64,000 nt of DNA from Okamejei kenojei (lineage: Eukaryota): the NCBI GenBank assembly GCA_035221665.1, contig CM069145.1:14942001-15006000 (forward strand). The letters run 5' to 3'. Shown here one piece after another: positions 26,491-39,299 of this stretch (within the stretch, counting starts at the first letter, position 1; the number at the start of each line of letters is the position of its first letter). Position numbers and translations under genes: made by a program. The notes under the pieces are model-generated. The model was given only the letters and a program-made list of their open reading frames with translations, searched no databases and was not told the origin of the DNA.

Positions 26491-27065
26491 GAAATTTGCC
26501 AAAATGATTGAATATGTAAAATCAGCAATGGTTGAATGTGAAAAGTGCTTCATCGTTATTCATGTACCTTTGAAATCGTGAAATGCATTATTTTGCAAGA
26601 GATAAAAACCGCAATTCATTGTCAAATATATTGAAATAAAACCAAAAGACATGTTATGAGGAGTACATATTTCAATGAGTTGCCACTTGCACTTTCAAAA
26701 TGAGATTAAAAGTTTAGGTTTCATGTAGGGTGGATCTTAATTCAGCCTGAGGAGGTACTGTACCAGCACACCATGATGTACAGCATGGAACTCTTGCAGA
26801 AGCTTCAAAGAACACTCAGATTTGCATCTCTGATGTTGGCTTTTAAGAAGATCACACAAGAAAATTTCAGTCCAGTGGGTCAGTCCTGTGTGAAAAAAAT
26901 GGAAATTAATGCTACAGTTTGAATTCCTAACTGTTCAGGAAAGATCAGCATCCATCCTCCATGCTCATTTAAAATAGTTCATAGTGTATGCTTCATGTTT
27001 ATTGGATTTCCTCAACATAACATCTTTTTAAGTACATTTTTTAAATATTAGTTTTGAGGGAGACG

Positions 27066-28056
27066 TATGAATGAATGAATGTGTTTATTGGCCAAATATT
27101 CACATACAAGGAATTTGCCTTGGTGCTTCGCCCGCAAGTGGCAACATGGCATACAGTGACATTTAAGAATGATAGGTAAAACAATAAGCATACAATCTGG
27201 TTTTACATCCGGGTGGTGCTGTTGATAGCTGCCTCTGCCTTCAGTCTGTTTTTTTTGTTATGTTTGAAGATGTTTTTTGTGTTTTTTTTAATCTTTATGT
27301 TTTTTTGTTATGTTTGAAGACGTTTTTTGTGTTTTTTTTAATGTTGTCATTTGAGGGGAAGAGGGTACGGTAAGGGGGATTCCGTCCTCCAGTCGCTTCC
27401 TGGAGAGGATGCGACTATTATTCGAGTCGCGTCCTCGCCCCTCCCCCGGCCTACCTACTGGATTGGCACGGCCTTTCCTGCCGGGACCGACCAGAGCTCC
27501 AGCAGCAGCGGCGCAGCGTTAGAAACATCGAGGGGCAGGTGATGCCTCACCGGGGATCGCCGTTTGGAGCGGGTGGCGCTGACTCCGCCCGGCTCGGCCT
27601 GTGGACTTTGGGAGCCGCGGACTCCGGTGGGAGGTGGCTGATCTGGAGGTCCGGGCCTGATGTTCTCCGTCAGGGTTCCATCGTTCCCAGCGAGAGGGCC
27701 TGAGCATCGTTCCCGGCGAGAGGGCCTGCGGGTGCTCAGGAGGCCCCAACCACGGGTGAACATCTGGGAAGATCGGCAGGGAGGCTGGCTGGACTGTGGT
27801 ACCTTCCTTAACTCTGATGCTGCTGTGGGGTTATGTTGTGTGTGGACTTCTGTGTTTGTGCTTTTTTTAAAAATATGTTTATTTATTTATTATTTACTTT
27901 TATGTTACTGGCTGTAAGGAAAATCCATTTTGTTGTCTTTAAAATGAGATAATGACAATAAATTGAATACAATACAATACAATACAATTAATAATAAAAC
28001 ATTATTGATTAAACATGTGAATTAAATAAAATACCAGAGCAAACGGAGACTACAGA
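27066..28056 (-). mobile_element. Rex1/Babar 3' UTR split by a nested element
   Basis: Matches 12115-12310; the two halves flank 27199-27988. Confidence 0.75.
27199..27988 (+). mobile_element. GC-rich non-autonomous retroelement with Rex1/Babar-like tail
   Basis: T-rich leader, CpG-rich body, atgacaataaa and (aatac)n tail. Confidence 0.6.
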
Positions 28057-28365
28057 CCATATCTTTTTGAATGTCTTCCTTTTTTGCAAATTCAACAACA
28101 AAACGTTCCAAATTGGAAAACTTGCAGAATTGTCTAGCATACTAGTTAGAAAGTCGCGCAACTAATCCTATATTAACGCAAGGATCTTCAAGGGAGATTA
28201 TTGCTGCTGAATTTGTTTGAAAACAATTTTATTGGATCGTTATTTTTGCTCTCTGTTTTAACCCTTTTATCCCCCTTTGCATCTCAGAGAGATCCTGAGG
28301 TTTGACAATGAGCTGTTTCCACTGGGCGGCACAATGGCACAGTTAATGGATCTGCTGCTGCGTAA

Positions 28366-29181
28366 AGGGGCTGTCCCACTTGGGCGACCTAATTGGCGAG
28401 ATTAGAAAAGTTTGAAAAAATGACATGTTGAAGGCCTCCTTTGACTATGTAGAAGACCTCCTTCGACCTCCTTCGACTATGTTGAAGACTAACTTCGACT
28501 AGCTATGTCTAGTTACAACTAACTTCGGGAAAATTGGACACGAAATAGTGGAGAGTGAAGATGATCTCCTTCGATCTCCTTCAACCTCCCTTCGACCCCC
28601 TTCGACTATGATGAAGACTATCTACGACTACCTTTGACTACCCTCGATAACCTACGACTGACATGCCTACTACAACCTACTATGACTAATCCCTGTCCCA
28701 CTTTCATGACCTTTTTTACTCGTGGACATTTTTCATCATGCTAGAAAAAACGCCCTGACCTACCTGATGCCACAAGTACCTACGCCCCATCTACCACCTA
28801 CCTACGACCTACCTACAACCTCCTACACCCTACCTACGACCTCCTACGACCTCATGACGGCCTTGTGACGGCCATGCTGCGAGTATGAATCAAGGGCAAA
28901 CTCGGCAGATGTCGTGAATTAGGCTGTGAAAGTGAGACAAGGGCTTAAACCTGCGAGTAAAAAAAGTTTCGATTTTTTCCATGGTGACCTTTTTTTACTC
29001 GCGGGCATTTTTTAACATATTGAAAAAAACGCCGCGACCTAGCTGAGGCCTCGAGTCTGCGGAGACCACTCTCAAGCATGAAGGAGAGTTACGAAGACAT
29101 CCTACGACTTGTGTCGACCATGTTGCGAGTGTGGGTCGAGGGCAACCTCGCGGATTAGGTCGCACAAGTGGGACAGGCTCT
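28366..29181. mobile_element. PIF/Harbinger-type MITE
   Basis: TIR AGGGGCTGTCCCACTTG/CAAGTGGGACAGGCTCT, TAA TSD. Confidence 0.85.
28690..28945. mobile_element. Harbinger-type MITE nested in a MITE
   Basis: ccctgtcccactttca/tgaaagtgagacaaggg with TAA on both sides. Confidence 0.75.
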
Positions 29182-29681
29182 TAACTTTAGAGCAACAGTT
29201 TTCAATCCTCTCCTTGACTGATGTCTATGTGGCGTTTGCATGTTCTCCCTGTGACTGCAGGGGGTTCGCGGGTGCTCCGGTTTTCCCCCACTTCCAAATG
29301 ATGTACTGATGAGCAGGTTAATTAGCCACAGTAAATTGCTGCTAGTGTGAAGGTCAATGGTAGAATCTGGGGGGGGGGGGGGGGGGGGGGGGGGGGGTAA
29401 GGTTGAGAGGAAACTGAAATAGTATTAATATAGAATTAGTATGAATGGGTGACAGACAGTCGGCATGGACAAAGACCTGTTTTTGTGCTGACTCCATAAC
29501 ATTGTATTTCTGTGGATCAAAAGTGGGTGATCGGGCCAACACAGGATCTGCAGATTTTGCCACACTTGGTGCTGGAGATTTTTTGGGTGGGCGGATGGCT
29601 TGTTCGAGAGGTACTGATCTCCTGCCCTCATTTATTTGGTCTCAGTGTGATGCATTAGTTGAAGTGCTTGCTGCATTCTAA

Positions 29682-30413
29682 AGGGCCTTTCCCACTAATG
29701 CGACTTTTCAGCGATTGTCTTCGACCTTCAAGCTCGAGGGCACTCGACTGAAAAACCTCGAGCTGGATCGACCGTCAGCGATGAAACTGCGAGCTGGATC
29801 AACTGACCGCACACACAAACACATCGCAAAGGCGGGGGCCAGGGAAAGCGGGGGAGCGCTGTCTGAATTCACACCTGCAATGAACAGGAAGGTAAAAGAT
29901 GGCTGGCACAGTTAAGGTAAGTCCTTTAGAGAGCGCGGGGGGGGTGGGGGGGGGGAGAGAGATGACAAGGGGAGGGGGAGTGAGGGGGAGTGAAGGGGAG
30001 TGAAGGGAGTGAAAGGGAGTCAAGGGGGAGACACTTTTAAGAAGCTAAACAACTTTTAATAAAGTTTAGCAGGCATTTAATATTCCCGGTCGGATTTTCC
30101 TTGGTTCTGAAAACTCCAATGAGCCAATTAAAATACCCGGTCAGCAAAGGAGATTGCCTACAGCTACCTCGACTGCCTATAACTACATAGTGATCCCACT
30201 CCACTGCATTACGAGTTCAAAAGAACCATGCCGACCAATTTTACTCAACCAAACTGAGGCCGCGAGTATGCCGGAACTTCCCTCGAGCATGAAGGAGATT
30301 TACAATGACCTCCCAGGACCTCCTAGGACCACGTGTCGACCATGTTGCAAGTTGGAGTTGAGTGCAAACTCATCTAAACTCACAAATTAGGTCGCCGCAG
30401 TGGGACAGGCCCT
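29682..30413. mobile_element. PIF/Harbinger-type MITE
   Basis: TIR AGGGCCT(T)TCCCACT, TAA TSD; same family as 50536-51377 in the opposite orientation. Confidence 0.85.
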
Positions 30414-30634
30414 TAATGCTCTCCATTTTGAGCGGCAATGGGTCAAAGATTTTCATGAATCAATTAAGATATTACATATTTTCAAGTGGCTTTTTGAGAA
30501 TATCCTTGCAGCATTTTCTTTGATCTCCTTGAAATCATTTAATATGATGCTCAGAGTTGCAATGCTTCCCTTGTCAGGTGTCCGGCATACAGACAATATT
30601 GTCTGCTCATTTTGCGATAAAAGAACACAATTCA

Positions 30635-31583
30635 TACTCTCCCCTCTCCTCTACTTTCTCTACACCAACGACTGCACCTCCACAGACACCTCTGTCAAGC
30701 TTCTCAAGTTTGCAGACGACACAACCCTGATTGGACTGATACAGGATGAGGAGGAATCTGCCTACAGACAGGAAGTGACACCACTGGCATCCTGGTGCCA
30801 TCGCAACAACCTGGAGCTCAATGCTCTTAATACAGTGGAATTGATTGTAGACTTTAGGAGAGCTCCCCCTCCCCTCACCCCACTCACCATCAAAAACATC
30901 ACAGTCACATCTGTGGAGTCTTTTAAGTTTCTGGGAACTATTATCTCTAAGGACCTTAAATGGGGGCCACCATCGACTACACAGTCAAAAAGGCGCAACA
31001 GAGGATGTACTTCCTGTGGCAGCTGAGGAAACACAATCTGTCACAGGCAATGATGGTCCAATTCTATACGGCCATCATAGAGTCTGTCCTCACCTTCTCC
31101 ATCATGGTCTGGTTTGGCTCAGCCACCAAGCACGACACCTGGAGGCTGCAGTGAATCGTCCGATCAGCTGAGAAGATTGTTGGCTGCAACCTTCCCTCCA
31201 TTGAAAAACTGTACGCTGCAAGGGCCAGGAAGCGAGCGGGTAAGATCATCTCTGACCCCTATCACCCTGGCCACAAACTCTTTGAATAACTTCCCTCTGG
31301 AAGGCGACTCCGGAATGTCAAAGCTGCCACAGCCAGACATAAAAACAGTTTTTATCCACAAGTAATAGCTCTACTCAATAACCAAAAATCGGTAGTGTCC
31401 GTTTGCTCTGGTATTTTATTTAATTCACATGTTTAATTGGTAATGTTTTATTATTAATGTTTAATGTTTTATGTGTCATTCTTAATTGTCACTGTATGTC
31501 ATGTTGTCACTTGTGAGTGGAGCACCAAGGCAAATTCCTTCTTTGTGAACATATTTGGCCAATAAACTAATTTATTCATTCAT
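30635..31583 (+). mobile_element. Rex1/Babar LINE 3' fragment
   Basis: LSPLLYFLYTNDC...LLKFADDTTLIGLI...LELNALNTVELIVDFRR; (ttca)n tail. Confidence 0.9.
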
Positions 31584-31844
31584 TAGAATCTGAAGAAAGG
31601 TCTCAACCCGAAGCATCACCCATTCCTTCTATCCAGAAATGCTGCTTGTCCCAGTGAGTTACTCCAGTATTTTGTGTCTATCTTAAGAATTAAATGATAG
31701 CTTGGTGAGGGCACTGGTTTACTAATGTTGCTCCTCATTTTTGTGAATTTGACAGAAATAGTATTGTCGGTGCCCCTCCATTGCTTTGAAGTACCTAATG
31801 GACACATAGACCACCTAAGACAGGCACTCCATGGCGACGCTTTC

Positions 31845-32360
31845 GCCGAACACCTCGCTCGGTCCGCAATAACCAACCCGACCTAGACCTCTCGGTCCTG
31901 GGCCTCCTCCCACGGCCAGAGTGAGCAACACCGCAAGCTGAGGAACCAGCACCTCATATCCGCGCTTGGGAGTCTGCATCCTTTGGGCTTGAATAATTGA
32001 ATTTTCTCAATTCTGTTAAACCTTGCTGTCTCCTCCCATTGCCCTCGGGCCCTGGCATTCACTCTCTCTCTATCTCCCTCCCCCACCCCTAGTCGCACCA
32101 GCTTCTCATTTTCACACCACAAACAGCTTACAATGGCTTGTTCCCTTATCAACCGATACTTTTTTGCATATCTTTCACTCATTGTTCCTTATCTCTCCAC
32201 ATTCACCGTCTATATCTCTCGTTTCCCTGATCCCTGACCAGTTCTGAAGAAGGGTCTCGATCGCCTATCTCCTTCGCTCCTTAGATGCTGCTGCACCCGC
32301 TGAGTTTCTCCAACTTTTTGTGTACCCTCGATTCTCCAGCATCTGCAGTTCCTTCTTTAA
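31845..32360 (+). mobile_element. Penelope-like element: GIY-YIG endonuclease C-terminus plus terminal repeat
   Basis: Frameshifted FAEHL..VRNNQPDL, LSVLGLL, QSEQHRKL..QHLI..LGSLHP.GLN, then the ctgaagaagggtctcga repeat. Confidence 0.8.
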
Positions 32361-32669
32361 AACTCCAAAGTGCCCATTTGACAGTGAGATTATTACTATG
32401 TTTGAAGTCTTGATCTTTTGAACGATTCAGATGTCCAAAGGCTATATTGGGGCATTGAGGGCACGAATGACTTTCATGACTGAGATCTGTCTTTACAATA
32501 AATAACTCCCAAGGCACATTTGGAAAGTCATCCACATTTTCCATGGTGCAATCAAGGATGTTTATTGTCAGGGGGCAATGTCATGTTGCGGGAGCAGTTT
32601 AGATGTTCAGTGTAAAGCCCATTGTTTCTTATGGTTTGGTGTGAAGAAACAATGACTTCTCCACTAGTC

Positions 32670-32990
32670 TATGTGCAGCACAGTGGTACAGATAGTAGAG
32701 CTGTTTCAGGTTGCAATGATCTGGATTTCATTTTCAATCCCCTGCAGTGTGGTTGCTATGGTGAGATTCACTGCCTATATCATGTGGGTTTCCCCTGGAT
32801 ACCCTGGTTTTCTTTCCACCCCCCCCCCCCCCCTATCCCCCATATACTGGTTTGGTAGGCCGGTTGACTGGGTCTTGTTTGAATCACGGAGATCCCCAGT
32901 GTGTGGGTGTATACGGAGAAATCTTGAGGAGGAGGCTGGATGGTTGTAAATGGGATGGGGGGTAGAAGGGCTTATAAAGAACATTAGTCA
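32670..32990 (+). mobile_element. Degenerate HE1-like SINE
   Basis: gcagcacagtggtacagatagtagagctg head; gtgggtttcccc. Confidence 0.45.
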
Positions 32991-33019
32991 GGACTGAAAT
33001 GAACTTATTCTTTGAAATA

Positions 33020-34620
33020 CATAGGCAAACATCTTCTGCACACTGCAGCCTTTACCTGCTCGTTGTGGACTGGGTTCTGGAGCAGAGGTGATGAAGGTGG
33101 AACGATCTCCACATTATCCACATCGAATCTTTCAGTAAATTAGCTTTCTTCCAATGTGACGCACCACATTATGCCGGGGAGTTTTGGGAAGAGCATTGCA
33201 ACAAAGAAACAGGCCTGCAGATCCATTGCCTGTACTTGGATTGAATCTGCAGTGTGACAGAGACATTGGGCAGAATCGCAGTGTGCATGCCCTCATGTGG
33301 TGGAGTTCCACTCTTGGATGATGACCAGTTTTTTCCACACTCCCTTCAGTTTGCCAGGGCTTCAAGGCTTCAGTTTGAGGTTGAGGAACGATAAAGGAAA
33401 GGACCATTGGTGTAATGGTTGATGCTCCTTCCTGTGTTTGTCTTAGCATTGGTGTCTGATGATGATCGTGTCCATTGAATTCCTTGATGGATAGAGAGTC
33501 CTTGCAGTGTGATTCATAGTGCAACTTTTATTATTCAGTCTCTTTCTTCTTTGCCTTTTCCATAAAGTTTGTAGGAGGGGAAAGGTGTGTGAATGGTTTG
33601 TCATCAGATATTATGAGTGCTTGGCAAGCTGACTGGAGGCAGTTGAGGGGAAACTCCTCAATGATCTCATCTGTAACAGATAGGAGGGAGTCCCTTTTGC
33701 AGACACAATAGTCAGATTTGTTTCCTTTCCATACAGCGGCAGAGACCCCAGTTCAATCCTAACTACAGGTGCTGTCTGTACGCTTGTAACGTTCTCCCCT
33801 GACCAAGATCTTCCGCTTGCCTCCCACACTCAAAGACAACAGATAGCTGCGGCGCGGGTAGGAGAGAGTTAATTGGCTTGGTGTATGTGCAATTTGTCCC
33901 TCATGTGTGCAGATAGAGAGGTAATGTGCAGGATCGCGGCCATGCAGACTCGGTGACCCGAAGGGCTGTTTTCCATGCTATATCTCTAAACTCAAACTAC
34001 ATACTGAAAGTACACTGTGTCTCAAGGATACCCTGGCATACTCTTCACACGGCTGAAGAAACAGATTGGATAGCACATTTGTGCCAGAGGTTCACTTGCA
34101 AGAACTTCAGAGGAATCATATCTGCTCCAGGCACCTTGTTGTCTGGAGCTTGGTATTTCAGCCTTCTGTCAGGCTACAATAGACTTTATTGAGAGAAGGA
34201 TTCAAGGATATTGACATTGAGGACCAGGTTTCAGTTGAGAAGCTCCTGGAAGTATTCTGCCCAGTGGACAGACTGTTTCTCACTGATAAGCTCTCCTCCA
34301 CACCATTCTTGGCTACCCATAGTATAGGTCTTTGGTTGTTTATGCCATGGATATGTTAACAGTGTTGAAAATGCATTCGCAGTGTGCTTATCAGCGAGCT
34401 GCTGGATCACCTGCTGTTTTTCCAACTTCCATCTGTTATTTAGCTCTAATGTTTCTGTTGGACTTCAGCTTGCACTTGTCTGCTTTTATTATCCTTGAGA
34501 TGTGATGGAGTTTCCATTCCATGCTGGTTAACTAACGCTGCACCGAAACAGTGTGGTGCAAATTATCATGGCCTTCAGGACACATTGTGAATACTCTGCG
34601 GCTTCACTTGTATAAAGTCA
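33020..34620 (-). mobile_element. Old RTE LINE fragment (interrupted by a SINE)
   Basis: WAEYFQELLN and decayed RT motifs on the - strand. Confidence 0.55.
33730..33998 (+). mobile_element. HE1-like SINE
   Basis: B box cagttcaatcc, body, tctctaaac tail. Confidence 0.75.
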
Positions 34621-34644
34621 CTGAGTTGATGAGAGAACTAGACT

Positions 34645-35697
34645 AGTTTGGAGACAGAGACACGGCGTGGAAACAGACCCTTTGGTCCACCGAGTCCGCG
34701 ATGACCAGTGTTCCCAGCATATTATCACTATCCTATGCACACTAGGGGCAATTTACATTTACCCAAGCCAATTAACCTACATCCCTGTACATCTTTGGAG
34801 TGTGGGAGGAAACCGAAGATCTTGGAGAAAACCCTCGCTGTCACAGGGAGAACATACAATCTCCGTACAGACAGCATTGGCCCGGGTCTCCAGCGCTGCA
34901 AACGCTGTTGAGGGCCTGTCCCACTTAGGCAATTTTTTTGGCGACTGCCGGCGACTGTCACCTTCGTAGCATGTTGCCGAAAAAGCGGTGACTGGACCAT
35001 CCCAAGACAATGTCTATGACAAGCTACAACAACCTACCTCCTAGTCGACGGCAAGCTACCAATAACCGGCAACATATTAGGATGTCCACCTACAACCACA
35101 CCTACAACAACCTACAACCACACAGGCGACAAACGGGTCTTTCAGATCATCTTTGAGAGCTTCTTGACATTTTCACCATTGATCTTACCATCGCAACATA
35201 ACCATCGCAACATAACTGTTGCTGTTTTTGTTTAGGGGCTAGGCTAATGCAGATAAATGACAACCAAAGTCAACCTACGTCCACCCGTGACAAGCTACAA
35301 CAAGCATCGACCCTGTCGGCGACAACTGAGACAACTGAACACAATTCAGTCACCGGTACCTGTCATCGGTTGACGTAGGTTGACATAGGTAGTCGCCAAT
35401 GGAATTCACCAAAATCAGCACCTGGCGACGACCAGCGTCACCCTGGCGACAACCTACGACAGCACCTACGACAGGAGAAGACAAGCTACGTCAAGCCCAC
35501 AGTCGCCGAAAAGATTTGAACATTTCAAAATCCAGCTGCGGCCAGAAAAACGTTACGACTCTTTAGGCGATTTGAGGAGACTATTCACGACTGTACAGGC
35601 GTCACCCCGCGACCATGTGGCGACAGCGTAGTCGCCGAAAAAATCGCCTACGCGGGACAGGGGCTTAAGGCAGCAACTCTACCGCTGCGCCACTTGC
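34645..35697 (-). mobile_element. HE1-like SINE interrupted by a MITE
   Basis: Body at 34645-34910, head taaggcagcaactctaccgctgcgccac at 35666-35695. Confidence 0.8.
34911..35665. mobile_element. PIF/Harbinger-type MITE with captured flank
   Basis: TIR AGGGCCTGTCCCACTTAGG/cctacgcgggacaggggct; right flank TAA. Confidence 0.85.
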
Positions 35698-36189
35698 CGC
35701 CACAGTATAGACTGTGTACAACTCTTCTCGCATCATAGTGTGGCACGGCACAGCACAGAAACGGGTCTTTCAGATCATCTTTGAGGGCTTCTTGACATTT
35801 TCACCATTGATCTTACCATCGCAGCATAACTGTTGCTGTTTTTGTTTAGGGGCTAGGCTAATCCAGATAAATGAAGCAACAAGGTACATCTTCCCTTCCA
35901 TTCATACTTTGAAACATTCTTCATAGTTATTATAAAAAGCAGTGGATGAATGGAGTGGGGAAGATGTGATTATAACACTCCCACACTGATTGTCACAGGG
36001 AGAATTTGTAAACTCCAAAAGATGGCTCATGAGGAGAAAATCGAACTGGGGTCTGGCTATACTGCCAAGAGTATAAAAGTAACGAGTTTATAAAGAGGAA
36101 ATTAAGATGAACTGTATTTATAAGTTTATAGGTTCAAGGTGAATGACAAAAGTAACAGAGGTGACATTAGGAAATCTCTTTAAAAATTC

Positions 36190-36552
36190 AGTTTAGTTTA
36201 GTTAGGTTTAGTTTAATTTAGTTTAATTTAGTTTAGATTTGTTTAGTTTCGTTTAGGCTAGTAAAGTTTTGAGATACAGTGTGGAAACAGGCCCTTCAGC
36301 CCACTGAGTCCTAGCCGACCAACGATCACCTATACACAAGTTTTATACTACACATTAGTGACAATTTACAGAAGCCAATTAACCTACAAACCAGCACATC
36401 TTCAAAATGTGGGAGGAGACTGGAGCATCCAGAGAAAACCCACATGGTCACAGGGAGAACATACAATTTCTGCACAGACAGCACCCAAGTCAGTATCGAA
36501 CCTGGGTCTCTGCCGCTGTTAGGGACCAACTCTACCGCTGTACCACTGTGCA
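36190..36552 (-). mobile_element. HE1-like SINE
   Basis: Full body with long (taaac)n tail. Confidence 0.85.
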
Positions 36553-36679
36553 TTAAACTTAAGATGCTCTATCTGATCAGGTTAAAGAAACAGGTTTAAT
36601 GCAATTTGCAAAAGAAATTGGAAAAGGGATGAGAAATTGAAATCATATGATGAAAGAATGCAGTTGTGGTATAAAGGCG

Positions 36680-37325
36680 GTCCAAGCTACTGCGGCTTAA
36701 ACCCCCTGCGCTCAAAGGACGGGCAAGAACTGCTGAAGGACAATGAGTCCCTTAGTGCCCGATGGACGGAGCACTTCCAGGAACTCCTCAACAGTGACAG
36801 CACAACTGAACCAGACATTACCCACCACATCCCCCAGAGTCCCATCAGAGAAGACATGGAAGAACCTCCCACTATGACAGAGGTTCAAGATGCCATCAAA
36901 AGCCTTAAGAACAACAACGCCACCAGTCCAGATGGGATCCCATCTGAGATATTAAAGGAAGGTAGACCGGGGCTCCTGTACCACATCCCCACCCTACTTC
37001 TCAAGGTCTGGGAAAAAGAAGAACTTCCCTCAGAACTCAGGGATGATCTAATAGTGACCATTTTCAAGAAGGGGAACAAGGCGGAATGTGGAAACTACAG
37101 AGGCATCTCTCTCCTGTCAACAACAGACAAAGTCCTTGCTCGTGTCCTCTCAAACCGACTTCTGCCAACCGGCATCAGTCTCCACTGCCCACGTTGCAGC
37201 AAGGTGTGTGGATCGTGGATCGGCTTCTACAGACATCTGCAGACCCACAAGTAGATGACCCTATGGAGAGGAGGGGGCAGTCATACTCGTTTCAAGTGAC
37301 TGCCGATGATGACAATGATGATGGT
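36680..37325 (+). mobile_element. RTE LINE, 5' truncated and internally deleted
   Basis: PLRSKDG..RWTEHFQELLN..CGNYRGISLLS joined to CPRCSKVCGSWIGFYRHLQTHK; (gat)n tail. Confidence 0.9.
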
Positions 37326-38096
37326 ACATGATCTGCGTTGCTTTCTGACAGATCTGGCAGCGACCATATTGTCCCCATCTGTGCTGTGCTGCTCTGTTCC
37401 TTGATTCCAAGCCGTAAGATGATGTCTGCTACATTAGCAAGAGCCACTCGATTTGCCTGAATGTTCCTTCAGCACAGCTGACTCTATCCTAATCATTGCA
37501 CAGAATCCTGCTTCATTGTACTGCTCTGCTATCCAGGTAGCATGAGTCATTGTAGTAATACAGTTAATAGAATTGAAAATCAGATGGGTTTTAATGTGGT
37601 TGAATTATCTCTTTTTCCATCTTACTGCCTGGACAGTAAAGATAACAATCCGGTATGAATGTAACTTGGACCATGTGGTGAAAAGTCTTAATGATGAAAC
37701 TTTAGTTTTATAAAGCACTGACAATCTATAAATAGAAAGTGCATTACTCATTTTCATAACTAGTAAATAACCATAGAGGCAGGTGAAAATTTTGTAGCTA
37801 ATGTAGATAAGCTTTTAAATATATTGAACCTTGAGGCAAAAAGTGGGACATTGGCAGAATATTAACAGAAGTCATAAGCTATGTGCAACTATCTCATTAA
37901 CAGTGGCAATTGCTTTAATTGGTTTTACAATTCAGCTTAGATAGCACTAATGTCGGCTGGCTTGTTTACATGTAAAATACACTGTGTAACTCACATTTTA
38001 GTTTCTGCTTTTTTTTTAAGGAAAACTATTACAAAACTATTGAATTGTAGGCGAAACACATCTCCCGCGACACATTCCCAGAAATCAACGGAGTTA

Positions 38097-38285
38097 AGGG
38101 CCTGTCCCACTTAGGCAATTTTTTGGGCGACTACAGGCGACTCCCGCAAAATGTTCAACACTGTTGTTCAGCAACAGTGGCGGCAATTTTTGCTGTCGTA
38201 GGTTGTCGCCAGGTATCGCAGGTGGATTCCATTAAAACTAGTCCCTGGCAGTCACCAAAAGAGTCGCCTAAGTGGGACAGGCCCA
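38097..38285. mobile_element. Short Harbinger-type MITE
   Basis: TIR GGGCCTGTCCCACTTAGGC, TTA/TAA flanks. Confidence 0.85.
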
Positions 38286-39299
38286 TAATGCTTATTTATT
38301 AACAATAGGCTATCTTAGTAGTCTCAAATTGCAGAATATTTCTGATGTATTCCAATAACAAATTCATTTTTATTTGAAATGCACATTACTAATGTATGTG
38401 TAATTATATAATTCCTTCCCAAACCATGTATAGAATCAAAAGTAAATTTATAAAAAAGAATACTCTGGAAGATTACATTAAAATATAAAAGGTAGGAAAA
38501 CCACACTGAAGACAGATCATTATTTGTAATAAAAACTCCCATTGCTCCCAAGAATGCAAACTACATACATTCAATCCTTCTGATACATCCTTCCTAATTA
38601 TATTTCACCTGAAGTATTTACATCATAAATATTAATTTTAATCTTGATTGATTAAGATAAACAGTTTTGAACGTTATGGAGGCTTACTTTAAACAGATCT
38701 CAATGATTATATTTGATTTTTTCAATAGTTTGGCTTAAAATACCTGAAATATTAGGTGATTAGATCAAAATTTATGTTTGTGTATTAGCATTGTTGCCTG
38801 GTGGAAACACATCAACTGATTTATTGTCGTTTTAATGATAAATCCTTTGATTTTTGTCTTTACAAAGATCTCGTTTCTATCCACCTTAACTACTTATCTA
38901 CAACCCTGCCCAAATCATCACACAATTAATGGTTTCCTGACCAACCAATCCCTACCCTTCCTTTCTCCACCTGCCTGCTGTTTAATTCCTCTATTGGGAA
39001 GTAGCGACCAGATGGAAAAGGGAAATCTGGTGAAATTCAAGCACTTAATGTTCGACAGATTGAGTGCTGGTGTCAGAACAATTAACTACAGTGCTTCAAA
39101 ACCAAAAGTGATCCAAAAGAATGATGAGCTGAGGTTGTGACAAAAAAGTGGGGAAATTAATAACCAAATGTTCGAATTTTCAAAACAAAATGTGGAGGAG
39201 GAAAAACTCTACAGGAATATGTAAAAACTTTTCTGTTACGACAAAGGGTGGAGGAGTAAATCCACAAACAGCTTAAACTAATTTACCGTCCCCTCAACG

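Larger units (their letters stand above)
28323..29510 (+). mobile_element. HE1-like SINE interrupted by a MITE
   Basis: Head at 28323-28362, remainder at 29185-29510 with a poly-G run. Confidence 0.7.

Noticed and set aside
30400-31026. 208-aa ORF as a gene
   Set aside because: Chance read-through from a MITE end and spacer DNA into a truncated Rex1/Babar RT.
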